Both the position numbers and the translations under genes were made by a program. Positions 14,802 through 28,994 of a stretch of DNA of 64,000 nucleotides are shown one piece after another (position 1 is the stretch's first letter; each line of letters starts with the position of its first letter). This DNA is from Octopus vulgaris (lineage: Eukaryota), in NCBI GenBank assembly GCA_951406725.2, contig OX597825.1, positions 21,948,001 through 22,012,000 on the forward strand, written 5' to 3'. The notes under the pieces were generated by a model. That model was given only the letters and a program-made list of their open reading frames with translations, ran no database searches and was not told where the DNA came from.

Positions 14802-15446
14802 CATTACACACACACATATCTTATGGTGTTGCTTCCATGGATGCTATCCTGATCTTATAAGCGAGAGCATCAGCTCGTGCCAGATTCATTGTTCCGTGTA
14901 CGTTTCTGACTGACGATATACAATTATGTCGAAAGAGCAGATGTCTCTGATGGCTCCAGTGGCGTATGAACACATATTCATCGTAAAGGAAAAAAAGTCA
15001 TTCTCAAATTTCCCGGAATATATCAGCAATAAATATAGAAGGTTTTATATATATATATATATATCAAAGATTTCTTTAGGTTCTTTTTCCATTGATTTCG
15101 TCCCATAGTAAAATTTTAAATGCGTAATACACGAAGTCCTAAGTTAGTAATAATTCCGTGAAGAAGAGATGAATTTGAATGGTGGTGAAATAGAATGCCT
15201 CATTTGCATTTTATCAATCATTGGCCCATCAAACAACTTACAGTTATCAACTTTCATCAAACTAATCGATTGCAGGCCCAGTAAAAACAAAGACTAATAA
15301 CAGAAGAAAAGATATTAAGCAGCGTGCGAATTCCGAAATCGATAATGATCATATTGTATTGATAAGATAGGGTCTTTAACATTTACAGCGAATAATACAA
15401 ACTGTGTAATGATGGATCGATGGTTCGTTAAATTCCATATATAAAG

Positions 15447-15620
15447 CGGTGAAGTGTCAAAATCGTTAGCGTGCGGACAAAATTCTTAGCGGTAATTCTT
15501 TTCATTTTGAACTCCAATGCCTCCTTTTGGGTCCAAAAAGAAGTAGCAGTTGTGCACTGGGGTCGTTATAATCAACTAACTTCCATTCCCGTAAAATTGA
15601 CAGCAGTGTGCTAAAATTTT

Positions 15621-15654
<34 letters not shown>

Positions 15655-15888
15655 TATATTTCATAGCACATACTGCTTTCCAGTGTTGGGAAAAGGACAA
15701 CAGCAACAGGGAAGGGGCTAAGCCGGGTACATCGACCACAGTACTCAACTAGTATATATTTTATCCACCCTGAGAAGCTTAAAGAAAAGGTCGACCTCGG
15801 TTGAATTTGAAATCAGAACGTGCAGATGAACGAAACGTCGCTAAGCATTTTGCCCAGCGTGATAACGATTCTACCAGGCCATCGCTTT
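15447..15888. mobile_element. Two degenerate SINE family C copies in opposite orientation (15447-15622 +, 15720-15888 -)
   Basis: aatcgttagcgtgc head on the plus strand; aaggtcgacctcgg...taacgattct represents the minus copy. Confidence 0.6.
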
Positions 15889-16292
15889 ATTTCACAATAC
15901 ATACTAACTAATATACGATTATATTAAACCGTTTTACTCTACGAGTGGAAGCAATTCCAAAATCCCTGTTATGTTTTCTGATTATTGTTGACGTAAATTA
16001 AATGGCGAAATGAGTACTATTTTGAGGATAGTGAATACCCCGCCACACGCACACACAGACAGAGGATCAATGAAAGTCTTCTGGATGATAGATACAGGGC
16101 CCACAAGAAAGAAAAATGATATGAAAATATATGATATGTATACATGTACTTGTGTTTGTAGTGGATTGCTTGTCAAACATATGGCGAGTATAAAATTACC
16201 AACGTAGAATCTCTTTGCTGTTTCACTCTTTCTCTCTCTTTATGCGTACATAAAATGAAGCGGAGAATGACGTATGGATATTTGTGCTTGTT

Positions 16293-16367
<75 letters not shown>

Positions 16368-16625
16368 GTGTGTGCGTGTGTTGAATGTAGGGGAGGAGAC
16401 TGTTTGTATATGCAGAGAAAATATCAATGGAAATATGTCAATCGTTTAAGTGTGTTATTATTTTTTAATGCCGGAAGTAAATGTTAAATGAAAAAGTTTT
16501 CATTGCATTCATATATGCAGAATATATTCGTTGTCGAGGAAGCTACAATGCAGAACGACTGTGCATTATATATATATATATACATCATATGCCGATAAAT
16601 ATATATATATTTATATATATGTATG

Positions 16626-16657
<32 letters not shown>

Positions 16658-16729
16658 TATGTATATATGTATATGTACATATACACACACGCACACAGAT
16701 AAACATGCACACACAACACGCATAGAAAG

Positions 16730-16760
<31 letters not shown>

Positions 16761-18854
16761 GCCATTAGATAGGAAAGAATGTCCGGTCGCATTTAAAGAT
16801 GGGAAATAAACACATGCTTGCTTGATATTTATTGACACTCTAGCATGCACTGTCTATTCCCGCGCCATGTTAAGGAAGGAACGCTAATGTACCATTGCAT
16901 GCAGTCGGCATTTGTACATATCAGCATTATGTACAGAGTACGGAAACTTGCATTCCATTTAGTTCTGTAATTATTTCCATTTAAAAATGCATAAATAAAG
17001 AATCGAGCATTCGCATTTGATGTTGGCTCCTCAAATTTTTATGCAGTTATTTTTGGTATTGTCCTACTTTGTATACTTTCGGCAATTGTGGTAAATATAA
17101 ACCCTTTCTTTTACCCCAGTCAAAAATACTTCGTGTTCAGCTTTGAATAAAACACCCTTCACTATGCTGAATTTTTATCTGTACTGGGGTTAGCTTTCTT
17201 AGATCATGAGGGCAATACCCTTTATTTACCTTATCGGATTAGTTCTAGATTTTAACGTTTTTGAAAGTACCGTCATATTTCTCATCATACTTATTTTCGT
17301 TACTAACCTCCTTATATTTTTGTTATCCTCTTTGTGAAACAGAGGCAGTTTTTGCGTTTTTGTTTTATCTATGTTTCTTCCTAAATGTTTTCGTGTGCTA
17401 TCATTCTGTATGATATATTTTGTAGCCCTACAGTTGATCGTTTATGTATTCAAGTCGCAGAATATTCCTCACAGGGTGCCTTCTTGGCAAAATGTAATAT
17501 ATGCATGCCAGCTTTTTGAAGAGTGTATATTAGCAACACAACAAACATTATTTCCTGACATATATTCCTGTCTAATCATACTTCTTGGCCTCACATTCAA
17601 ATTAAGATATACATCTGACTTAGAAATGGACAAATTAGATCATTGATACATATTAGTTTACTTTGGACATGTAGATTTATTTTAAATATTCATGTAATGT
17701 TTCGACATTTCTCCTTAATGTTTCTACCTCTGCTCGTGCGAGTCGCCTATTTTATTCGTTCCTAAGTAGCTACAAGTCTATGTTTGACAATTCTTATCCT
17801 TTTCCTGTTTCTTAGCACGTTATGCAGTTAACGTTGACAATTCTTCTCTTTTCAAGATTGATATAGATTATGATTCTCAGCAGGATTTAACGTACGTTTT
17901 TTAGATTCATATCATTTCCTGTTGTTTTCTATTTGCTTCCCAAAGGGCTATATTTAGTCTAGGATGAGATTTGTGTTCCTTTTACGCAAAGCTTCCGTTT
18001 CTACTTATCATATTTTCCCTTACTTTCATATCGATGGCTTTCGTGATAATTCTTGCTGAACAAAATAAGTAGCATTTTTGTTCCTGCATCTCTCCAAAAG
18101 CCTTCCACAAACCTTTTACTAGATTTTCCTAGTTATCAATGATTATTGAAAGTCAGTGCAAATCACGCCTTATCTAGAAAGTAATTCAAAGGTAAGCAAA
18201 ATCATTTTATTATCGGAGATGGGTCCTTCAGATTACGCCTGTTGTAACTCTTCATTCATTCAAAGGAACTGCTTAACATGATTTCAATCACAAACGATGA
18301 ATTTTCAGTTTCGTTGAAACGAACTTATGAAACTTTCCCTTTACGTCAAATCGTCGTCTTCGAAGACTCTCCTTTTCTGAAAGCAGAGGACAGAAGATCA
18401 GGACTGCATTGTGGATTAGGCTGAATGGCATAATTTGTCGATTACCTGTGCTGTTGCCAAATATGGCTGTGATTCCATTTTGTGAACGTGAAGGTCAACG
18501 TTTCTCAGATTCTTGTTTCACTTCTTCTTTCTGATGTCTTCTCTAAGAAGTGCTTGAATCAACCATTAGTTTGATTTTTACGCTACAACTACGTTCTAGA
18601 AAATGACATTCTGTGCCGATAGCTCGCTTAGAAATACTTAATCATAGGAGATTACGTATCATTCAGTGGACTGGTCTATTGTTTCTGGATCGTAACGATT
18701 CTTTCACGCTTCATCCACTGCTACCAGTTGCAAAAACAAAGGGGCTTCATTGGCTTCAGACGCAAATGAAAACATATTGCTACCCTTTACTATTTAAAAT
18801 CCGGCGTCTCTTGCCGCTGCGCACGATTTGGATAGACATTTCAATACTCAAAGG

Positions 18855-19250
18855 TTTTCACCATCTTGAATGCAGCACACTTCCAAGCAATTCTGTTTTT
18901 CTAGGTGTTTTACCTTCACGTTTGCACCGGTGTTTTTTCAGCCATGCTGGTAGTTGAATGCTGATGCGTCCAAGTGAACCAATTACTATTGGTATCACGT
19001 GTACCCTGTTCACTGACCACAACCTTAGTATTTCCCACTTTAAATCGTCAGAGTTGCTTATTTTTTCTTCTTCTTTCACACTGCTCCTGTTGTCACCAGG
19101 GCACGTCGATAATCATACGTGTTCTTTCATTTTTATTCACCACAATAATATCTGGTTTCGGACGTCTTGTCGGGTGATCGCACCCGATCATTACATCCCA
19201 CAGGATTTTGCAGTTCTCACTCTCAATGACTCCTTCTGGAGTTTGCTTAT
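18855..19250 (-). mobile_element. R4/Dong-like LINE REL endonuclease fragment (family A)
   Basis: TPEGVIESENCKILWD...KPDIIVVNKNERTRMIIDV and EEEKISNSDDLKWEILRLW...IPIVIGSLG, a PD-(D/E)xK-type REL domain. Its truncated 5' end abuts (TTA)n. Confidence 0.85.
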
Positions 19251-19255
19251 CATCA

Positions 19256-19302
<47 letters not shown>

Positions 19303-19304
19303 GA

Positions 19305-19432
19305 ATGCTAGAGCAATGCATGCCATCAAAGTGACACTGGAGTAACATATACGGAGCCCAGTATACCCATTATGACTACCCGTCTGACAAGGGTACACTA
19401 GCCACATGCATCACAACCATATGTGCGCATAT
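19305..19432 (-). mobile_element. Terminal ~130 bp of LINE family D 3' UTR
   Basis: Reverse complement of 56560-56686; flanked by (TTA)n. Confidence 0.75.
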
Positions 19433-19434
19433 TA

Positions 19435-19480
<46 letters not shown>

Positions 19481-19524
19481 TATTATTATTATTATTATTG
19501 TTGTTGTTGTTGTTGTTGTTGTTG

Positions 19525-19569
<45 letters not shown>

Positions 19570-20023
19570 TATGTTTGCCTTTTTCTTTATATTTGTACAA
19601 GTTGGCGCCAAGTCTCACCCAGAGACCTCAAGAGACAACAGGTTGGAATTTCACGTTGTTGTTATGCCTAGTGTGCCATATATATATATTTTTTCTTTGG
19701 GGGGGGTTGTACTAGTGAATGTCTAATAAATAAATAAAAATGAATAAATAAATAAAATAAAATAAAAAATAAATAAATAAATAAAAATTGTTTGTTTTAA
19801 ACCTTGAGATTACATAGAAAGTATTTTGCGTAGGATATGAAGAGTTCCCATGAGCACTATCTTTTGAATTTCTGATATTTTGAGGTTTCCTGGTATCTGA
19901 GTTAGGTAGCAATCAGCTCCTTTCGCTATCATTCCCAGGGCACCTATGACAACAGGTATTGTCTTAGTCTTCAGGTTCCACAATTTGCTGATTTCTATTT
20001 CAAGATCTCTATATTTGCTCAAC
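19570..20023 (-). mobile_element. R4/Dong-like LINE 3' end (family B) with 3' UTR
   Basis: LSKYRDLEIEISKLWNLKTKTIPVVIGALGMI...IQKIVLMGTLHILRKILSM-stop at 19810, followed by a UTR; (TTA)n on both sides. Confidence 0.9.
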
Positions 20024-20029
20024 TATAAA

Positions 20030-20086
<57 letters not shown>

Positions 20087-20124
20087 TATTATTATTATTG
20101 TTGTTGTTGTTGTTGTTGCTATTA

Positions 20125-20184
<60 letters not shown>

Positions 20185-20643
20185 GTTGAGATCAATGTCG
20201 CAGTTGGTATTAAAAAAATAATCACACTGAAAATCTATGAATTAATAAGCATTTCGGTTGGTGTCCCCCACCCCCGCCTATTTAAAGAAACGGTCTAGTA
20301 TCAAGTGTAATCAATTATATTAAAGATGCAAAATAAATGAGCTGCTAGAATCTGTTACTATTCTTGCGAAAGTTTATTTTTAGGAAACATCATCAGAATT
20401 TAGCAAGAAGCCGATTGTCAAGTGTAATTTTGCTTGAAGAGAATTGGAGACAAACCATTACGTGTTACCATTGTTATAGATGTCTAGAAAAAGAATTCGA
20501 GCTTTGTAATTATTAAAATAAACTCTTCTCGTTATCAGCAAAATCTTTGAAACACGAGAACACACACTCTCTCTATCTCTCTCTCACACAAGGACACATA
20601 CTCTAATCACACACACATGTGTTTATGCATATATATATATATA

Positions 20644-20722
<79 letters not shown>

Positions 20723-20726
<4 letters not shown>

Positions 20727-22516
20727 ATATAACAATAAGAGTAAATAATTTCTATAAAGGCTTTAAAAAACCCCAATTATTTACTGGTAGAATTCGGTAT
20801 GTAAATATAGCCGATTACCGGCAGGAACCTCTGTAAAGTTCAGTATATATATTGTATATAAGAAAAAGGGGACAGGCAAATAGGTTGCTTGACCGCATAC
20901 CGAAAAAATAGAAATAGCAGTCAAGAATGCTTATTTCTATCAAAGTTGGACTCCGGGCACGACAAAGCCTGTAATTCACATATGCAAAGCAGAAGGAATA
21001 GATAACGAAAACGAAGTCTGGTGGTTATCTGTGAACATCATGTTTCTGGATTATAAACATATTGAATATATATTTCATATATATTTTTTGATATATATTT
21101 CATATACATTGCATATATATTTCACATCCTTCTTCAGCACAGCTTTCCATTGAAAAAGATTTATCATAGATTTATCAAATGCTACGTACCTCAAACCTTC
21201 TGACCATGCGACATCAAAGTATTTGAAGAGAGTGAGCAAAAGCTAAACCTACATAGACGATTGAATTCGTAAATCTTCCCTCCAAAATCTTGCCATGCGC
21301 ACTACAAAAATAGTTCCATAAAATTGGGAACTATCGGGTTGTCATAAGGGAGTGAAAAATCCAAATAGTAATATAATAATAAGAGTAAATAACTTCTATA
21401 AAGGCTTTAAAAAACCCCAATTATTTACTGGTAGAATTCGGTATGTAAATATAGCCGATTACCGGCAGGAACCTCTGTAAATTCAGTATATATATTGTAT
21501 ATCGCATGATGTCGCATGGTCAGAAGGTTTGAGGTACGTAGCATTTGATAAATCTATGATAAATCTTTTTCAATGGAAAGCTGTGCTGAAGAAGGATGTG
21601 AAATATATATGCAATGTATGTGAAATATATATCAAAAAAAATATATATGAAATATATATTCAATATGTTTATAATCCAGAAACATGATGTTCACAGATAA
21701 CCACCAGACTTCGTTTTCGTTATCTATTCCTTCTGCTTTGCATATGTGAATTACAGGCTTTGTCGTGCCCGGAGTCCAACTTTGATAGAAATAAGAATTC
21801 TTGACTGCTATTTCTATTTTTTCGGTATGCGGTCAAGCAACCTGTTTGCCTGTCCCCTTTTTCTTATATACAATATATATACTGAACTTTACAGAGGTTC
21901 CTGCCGGTAATCGGCTATATTTACATACCGAATTCTACCAGTAAATAATTGGGGTTTTTTAAAGCCTTTATAGAAATTATTTACTCTTATTATTATATTA
22001 CTATTTGGATTTTTCACTCCCTTATGACAACCTGATAGTTCCCAATTTTATGGAACTATTTTTGTAGTGCGCATGGCAAGATTTTGGAGGGAAGATTTAC
22101 GAATTCAAACGTCTATGTAGGTTTAGCTTTTGCTCACTCTCTTCAAATATTTTGATGTCGCATGGTCAGAAGGTTTGAGGTACGTAGCATTTGATAAATC
22201 TATGATAAATCTTTTTCAATGGAAAGCTGTGCTGAAGAAGGATGTGAAATATATATGCAATGTATGTGAAATATATATAAAAAAAAATATATATGAAACA
22301 TATATTCAATATGTTTATAATCCAGAAACATGATGTTCACAGATAACCACCAGACTTAGTTTTCGTTATCTATTCCTTCTGCTTTGCATATGGGAATTAC
22401 AGGCTTTGTCGTGCCCGGAGTCCAACTTTGATAGAAATAAGCATTCTTGACTGCTATTTCTATTTTTTCGGTATGCGGTCAAGCAACCTGTTTGCCTGTC
22501 CCCTTTTTCTTATATA
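20723..22516. repeat. 644-bp unit in tandem plus inverted copies between (TA)n tracts
   Basis: Unit 20723-21366 is partly repeated at 21367-21502. 21508-22516 is the reverse complement of a permuted ~1.6-unit concatemer. Only scattered substitutions are visible. Confidence 0.95.
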
Positions 22517-22519
22517 TAT

Positions 22520-23089
22520 ATATATATATATATATATAATCCGTTCTGACGGACTGTGTGCGTGTGTCTTCTAGGATATCGGGCATCCTCCATCCGATTG
22601 CACTTAAATTTGATATGTAGATACCGACGGTATCAGGGGATGTATAAGTTTTGAAAAATATACAAAAATCTATTCCAGGTGATAATGCAATCGATAAAGC
22701 CGTTTTTGTCCTGCTTTTCTTCCGTCAATCTGTACATAACTGCACCTTCCATTTTTTGTTGTTTTTGTACTGCTTAAAAGCACATTTCTCTCCTCCCAAG
22801 CCTACTGCTTAAACCATGTTTGTGTTCTCCTACTCAACAGCCTTATCATTACTGGTAATTTAAACTCTTCGGCTGCACATTTGTGTGAATCAAATCGTTT
22901 TTCTGTGGAGTATTGGAATAGAAATAAAGTCTATCTTTATTTCTTCTTTTGCTGTTGTCTCAAATTTAGGTAAAATCAGTGTTTCTCAAAGGGGAGGCCT
23001 ATGGGACGGTCAGACAATTTGTTTTGAGAAAATTTGATCTAAATGTTTGACAACTCAGCACCGTCCATTGGACGGGGGGCGTTTTGCTC

Positions 23090-23091
<2 letters not shown>
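22520..23091 (+). mobile_element. Probable non-autonomous Helitron
   Basis: 3' hairpin ccgtc-cattg-gacgg (23061-23075) followed 11 nt later by ctcg|t, one change from CTAG|T. Begins in a TA-rich stretch and contains ccgattgcacttaaatttgatatg, resembling motifs of non-autonomous Helitrons. Confidence 0.55.
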
Positions 23092-23135
<44 letters not shown>

Positions 23136-24159
23136 GTGCGTGCGCTTGTGCGTCTCTTTGTGTTTCTCCCCTTTCCCCGGCTTGATGTTCTATTTACCTC
23201 TCTACACTAGTAGATCGACAACAGAAGTAAGTGCAATAATTACCAGATTTATCAATACGATAACTAAAAAAGGGGTCAATTTGATCGAGCACAAAATTCA
23301 AACCAGTGCTTCGTCATACCGGCTGATAAGTGTTAATTGATACAAGAATAAAATAATGTGTGTGCGTATGTGTGTAAATGTGAGCGCATATGTGTGTGGA
23401 TGTGTGCTGGTATGTGTGTACGTGAATGTGTGCACGTGTATGTGTGAATGTGGGTGCGACGTGTGTGAATATGTGCACGTATGCGCCTGCGTGCATGTAT
23501 GTGTATGTAAGGGAAACAAACAAAACGAAACATACTAAATCAAATGAAATCAAAATCCAAAAAGCAAAGAATGAATAAAAATACAGTACATGCACTTTAA
23601 ACATTACCCGACAAGATGTTATTACAAACATTATAATAATATTTTTATATTATTCCAAAATATCTTACAAACATAAAAACATAAGAAAACATTTAAAATA
23701 TTTGGAATTTATGTTCATAGGATAAAAATCAGGATAAATAGATTAAAACGACGCAGAATCGAAAAAAGCAAAAACAGGCCATAGTACATATAACGAAGCA
23801 ATACAGTTAATCTGAATAGCAACGAATTAAATTTATATAACAGTATTATAATTATATTGGATTACCGGATTTCTGAAGGTCCACGAAATATAAAAATTAA
23901 ATGCAATTTTCACAATGGCAAATTACTCTGATATGACGAGTGTTTTCCCGGAGAAATTTATAAAATATGCATACACCAGAATTCGCTTTAAGTCACTGAT
24001 TCTCAACAGGTTTTGTGTTGTTTTTTTATCTCTTTGGCTTATGGAACAACTTTGATTCATATTTTACTCAGCTAAAACCTGGTGGCCGTTCGATGTTTTA
24101 AAAATTCTTCATATATATTTATAATTATATATTATTGGGAATTGGATTATTTTATTGTT

Positions 24160-24320
24160 TTATTCTTTTGCTTGTTTCAGTCACTTGATTGCGGCCAAGA
24201 TGCAGCACTGCTTTTAGTCGAACAAATCGATCCCAGGACTTTTTCTTTGTAAGCCTAGTACTTATTCCATCTGTCACTAATTTACGGGGACGTAAATACA
24301 TCAACATTGGTTAACAAGGG
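24160..24320 (-). mobile_element. SINE family A 3' fragment
   Basis: cttgtttcagtcacttgattgcggcc...aagcctagtacttattc matches 52380-52480. Confidence 0.7.
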
Positions 24321-25108
24321 TGTCGATGACTGTTTTTTTTTGTCGTCATATTGTATCAGATGTCACAACGGTGAGTGTGTTAAATTATAAGGCACAAAAA
24401 CAAAATGACTCTCCCTAGACAGAACAGAATATGCTTCAACACACGAACTCACATAAAGAATCTTGAAAACCAAATCCAAAAACGAAATATATAACTTTAT
24501 TGATCGAAAAACTCGAAATATACAAACAGAAAACGGAAGAGTAATCGTCGAACCCGGCGGCATTTTAATAATTGTTTTTTAGGAAGTTAACAAACTTATA
24601 TAAATACCAACTTTATATAACTACATTTACGTAGATTTCTATAAAATTTGATCAATAGATATTTTTCACAGGCTGTGCGATGATTAATGCAGTAAAAACG
24701 TGTTTCAATGTTAATATTTGTCTCGTGTATGAGTAATAATTTATAGTTTAACATTAGCTAATTAATTAAATAACTGCATTAAGAATATAGCTCGGTAATA
24801 AATGTCACAGATTGGTTTAAAATTGGATATTAAAATGGCCAAATATTCTAATTAGAAATACACGAGAGTTACAATGGTAAAATTTATTAGAATTTTTATT
24901 ATTTCCGATTAATTAAGTCTAATATGTGATAGCATGTTCGGGAAGCCAACTAAATTGTACATCACACAAGTTTAAATATGTATATATACACACACATATG
25001 TATGGATGTATTGATGTAGTTTTGTGTGTATGTATGAATGTATGACTGTATATATATATATATATATGTGTGTATGTGTGTGTGTGTGTGCGTGTGTGTA
25101 TGTATGTC

Positions 25109-25531
25109 TATAATCAAAATAATCAACAAGTATATCCGAGGTAGAGTAGTACAATTGTTTCATGCTACTTCATTTTATTAAACACTGTGTTACATCAGTT
25201 TCAAAATAGCGAGCAATCTTCAGCCACTTATAGAACATGATAGTAACAAATTCACTCTCATTCAAAGTGTGAAAGTGTGGATTTGCTACTATCATGTTCT
25301 TAAGAATGAAATCAACCTCTCTGTCTATATATCAACCGTCTTCATAATGTTGGCAAATGCAATACAGATAATAATGTGCATTGTCCATTTCACTGGAAAA
25401 TTCTATAAGCGTCTGAAGATTGCTCGACATTTTAAAACTGATGTAATACTTACAGCGTTTAATAAAATGAAGTAGCATGAAACAATTGTACTACTCTACC
25501 TCGGATATACATGTTGGTTATTTTGATTATA
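25109..25531. repeat. Inverted repeat (~127 bp arms), Penelope-terminus-like
   Basis: 25109-25235 versus 25401-25531; arms contain ctgaagattgctcg and aataaaa; flanked by TA/TG microsatellites. Confidence 0.8.
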
Positions 25532-26808
25532 ATCACCCCATTTGATTTATATGGATAATACCATACAGCACTCTGGTGCCTTTGACTTAAAGTAACATAT
25601 TCATCTGAATCTAAATTTTGCTGATCTTATATATGTATATATATATATGTATGTATGTATTCTAGCTTAAGAGCCGCCCTCTCCGGTTGCTTTTAAGTGA
25701 GCTCCTGTGGAGAAGTCTTCTTGGGGGCTTGGGCCCAACAATGACAACTCATGCATTGTGTACATATAAAATTTTTATTAAATTTTAAAATTTTATTAAA
25801 TTTTTTCAAGCATTGAGCACTTTTCATCAAAGAAATGATATAATTTGTCGATTTGAAACTTATAGCAAAGCTGCATGATATACAACGTTTTTAGTCTTCC
25901 CATTCGGGGTCAGCACAAATAGCTTGTTTCCATTCGCTACCCTTGAACAACCAGCATGTAGCTGGACGTAGGCAACAATAAACTTAGCTTTTAAAAGTTT
26001 AAACAATAAACTAAGCTTTTAAATGTTCGGCGATAATTCTTTTACTACTACTTAATTTAAAGACAATTTGATGTACGTAGGTCCTTACTTTTTGTACTAA
26101 AAATTATTTAAAGTAGCAGATAAGTATGTAAACTCCTGTTCGGAGTTTGAAGGAAAATTAAACCTCTGTCTCTGAACAGTATCTTAAAATGTCATTTTTA
26201 TGTTTTGGAATTACTCTAAATGTAATTAACGATAAAGTATTTTTTAAGGAAATAATAAAATTAGTCTAATCTATTTTCATGCAGTCGGAGTGCGCTGAGT
26301 TTCCATAGCTCCGATGGCTGACGGCATGAAAATAGGTCTGACAAATTTTTATTAATATCTCAAAAAATACTAGGTTTCCAACATTTTTTGGGCAGAGAGT
26401 TATGAAAGGTAATATTGTATGAGAGTGTGAGTTCAAATACGGATTTCAGTTCCGAACGTTATGAAGCATGTGCTATGATTAAATTACTTGAAACTGTTAT
26501 TATATTTAGAGAAATATTTTTTCAAAATGTTTATTTTCGAAATAACTTTTGGAAATAACTATATTTAGAGAAATATTTTTCAAAATGGTAGTATTAAGAA
26601 AAAAGCCAAGAATGAAAAGTAGTAGAAGAGTCATTGAATAGTGAAAGAGGGGTAAAGAATGAGGAATAGTAGAAGTGTCATTGAATAAGGAGAGAGGGGT
26701 AAATCATGAGAATTAATAGGAGTGTCATTGCATAATGAAAGAGAGCTTCCAAAGAACAAAGTTGAAAAAGTGTGACACACCCACACACTGACATACGCTT
26801 TCGCCTTT

Positions 26809-26857
<49 letters not shown>

Positions 26858-27233
26858 GACGGGCTACTTTCAGTTGATGGAACCATTAGATTGGAATATA
26901 GGAGTTTGTATTTCAAAGACAGATGTTCAGCTATAGATTTAATATACATCGTTCCAGTTAGTATTATCTGACATATAGACCTCATAGATAGTGGGGGAGA
27001 TAGATTGCACTGTAGAATATAAAGGTCAGTGCATTAACGTATTTAGATTCGTCTCCACAATTTCTTAATTGTATTTATACTGATATGATTACTTTATATT
27101 TTCGCTAATTTTGGTAAATATTATAAGTATTAGCAAGTAATAGATGTATTTGAGTCTGGATCACTAAGAAATTCTGATTTGTTAGACCGTGAACATACAT
27201 TTGCTTTCTGATTGTCACCCGCGACTAGATACA

Positions 27234-27318
<85 letters not shown>

Positions 27319-28210
27319 CAGTCATGATTAGATAACATCACAGATGAGACACCAGTGATTATCCATACTTAGACTCCATATTGTGTCGCCTAAAACGACA
27401 TGTAGAATATCATATATTAACATGCAGACAACTAGCAGCCATATTTAATGTTTCTTCTTGTAAAATTCCAAATTATCTTTACCGGAATATTACTCTTCTT
27501 TTCTATACAACATAATTCCGTAATTGAATGATTAAGACTCAAAACTTGGAATTTAATATTCCCTGAACAGTTATTGCGAATAATTCATCTCTGGCTTCAA
27601 CTGAATCTAGTTAGAATATATTAGAGTCCTTTGATTCCTTTCCAGACATATACCGTCGAGATTCTGAAATTCGAATATAAAGTTTAAAGTTTATAAATCA
27701 GGTTAAACAGGATATAATCAAAATCAAAATGTAATTTCGTCTTAGTAATGGAAGTGACTTTTTTACGAGATCTGTCTTTGATGTACAATTTGAAGTAAAA
27801 TATAAAGAAAACGAAAAATCATGGCTTGAAACAAAGATTTTGAGCTTGATTTTCCAGTGAATTATATTTCGGTAAGTTCAATTGATGATGTTAATCAGAA
27901 TATTTTCCTTTACTGCATTCATTGACGTCGAATTACTCGAAATTAATGCAAGGTATATCGTTACGTGTATGTGTACATGAACAGAGTATATCTAATAATG
28001 ACTCTGATATGAATCCGTGCTTGAAACTTCGTTCAGTAGTATTAATGAATTCAAATATTCGCATTAAAACCTTAGCGCAAGTAACGTATCACTAAATCTC
28101 CTTTAGATATTTTAGAGTTTGAAGAATAATTACTGAAGATGCATTCACCACTTCACTCTCTCGCTTTCACTTTCTCATTATAAACATATATATATATATA
28201 TGTCATATAC

Positions 28211-28247
<37 letters not shown>

Positions 28248-28250
28248 CAT

Positions 28251-28287
<37 letters not shown>

Positions 28288-28300
28288 TGATATATATATT

Positions 28301-28378
<78 letters not shown>

Positions 28379-28557
28379 TGATATATATTTATATATATAT
28401 ATATATATATATTCCATGAATACCTTTATATACTTTTCTACTCTAGGTACAAGGCCCGAATCCCTGAATATCTTATCTTTATATATGTAAAGTTCGAATA
28501 TCAATATAATGCACGATGAATAATAAAGTATCACTATTGGAAACTGAGAGCATCATC

Positions 28558-28602
<45 letters not shown>

Positions 28603-28735
28603 CTGTTCTAAGAGCAAATTTGTTAAAAGTTTTCAGGTCATAATATATTTGAGTGTTTATTGAATAGTGTCTTGACTGGGTTTCATTGACTGCAAATTAT
28701 ATACATAAGTATATAAATACATACACACACACATG

Positions 28736-28789
<54 letters not shown>

Positions 28790-28994
28790 CACACACATAT
28801 ATATATTACAAATTATTCAGAATCTATACTCAGTAAGACAGGAAACATTAAAACAACTCTCATTTATTTTTTCTTCCAAAGCTTTATGGAGGTTAATATT
28901 TTAGTTGGTGCTTTAAAAACATGAACCCATTTGTGTATTGATACAAAAAAGTTAGAACTCCAAAGACCGACCAACATATATGGTAGTCTCCTAA

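Noticed and set aside
17000-18600. Strand-biased region possibly a decayed retroelement ORF (similar at 35760-36260 and 60560-61900)
   Set aside because: Only faint motif hints and too many stops to support a call without a profile search.
22225-22262. CTGAAGA...GAAA hammerhead-like motif and KYICNVCE zinc-finger-like peptide in the 644-bp unit
   Set aside because: Stem II cannot form and stem I is weak; the peptide lacks the His pair of a C2H2 finger.
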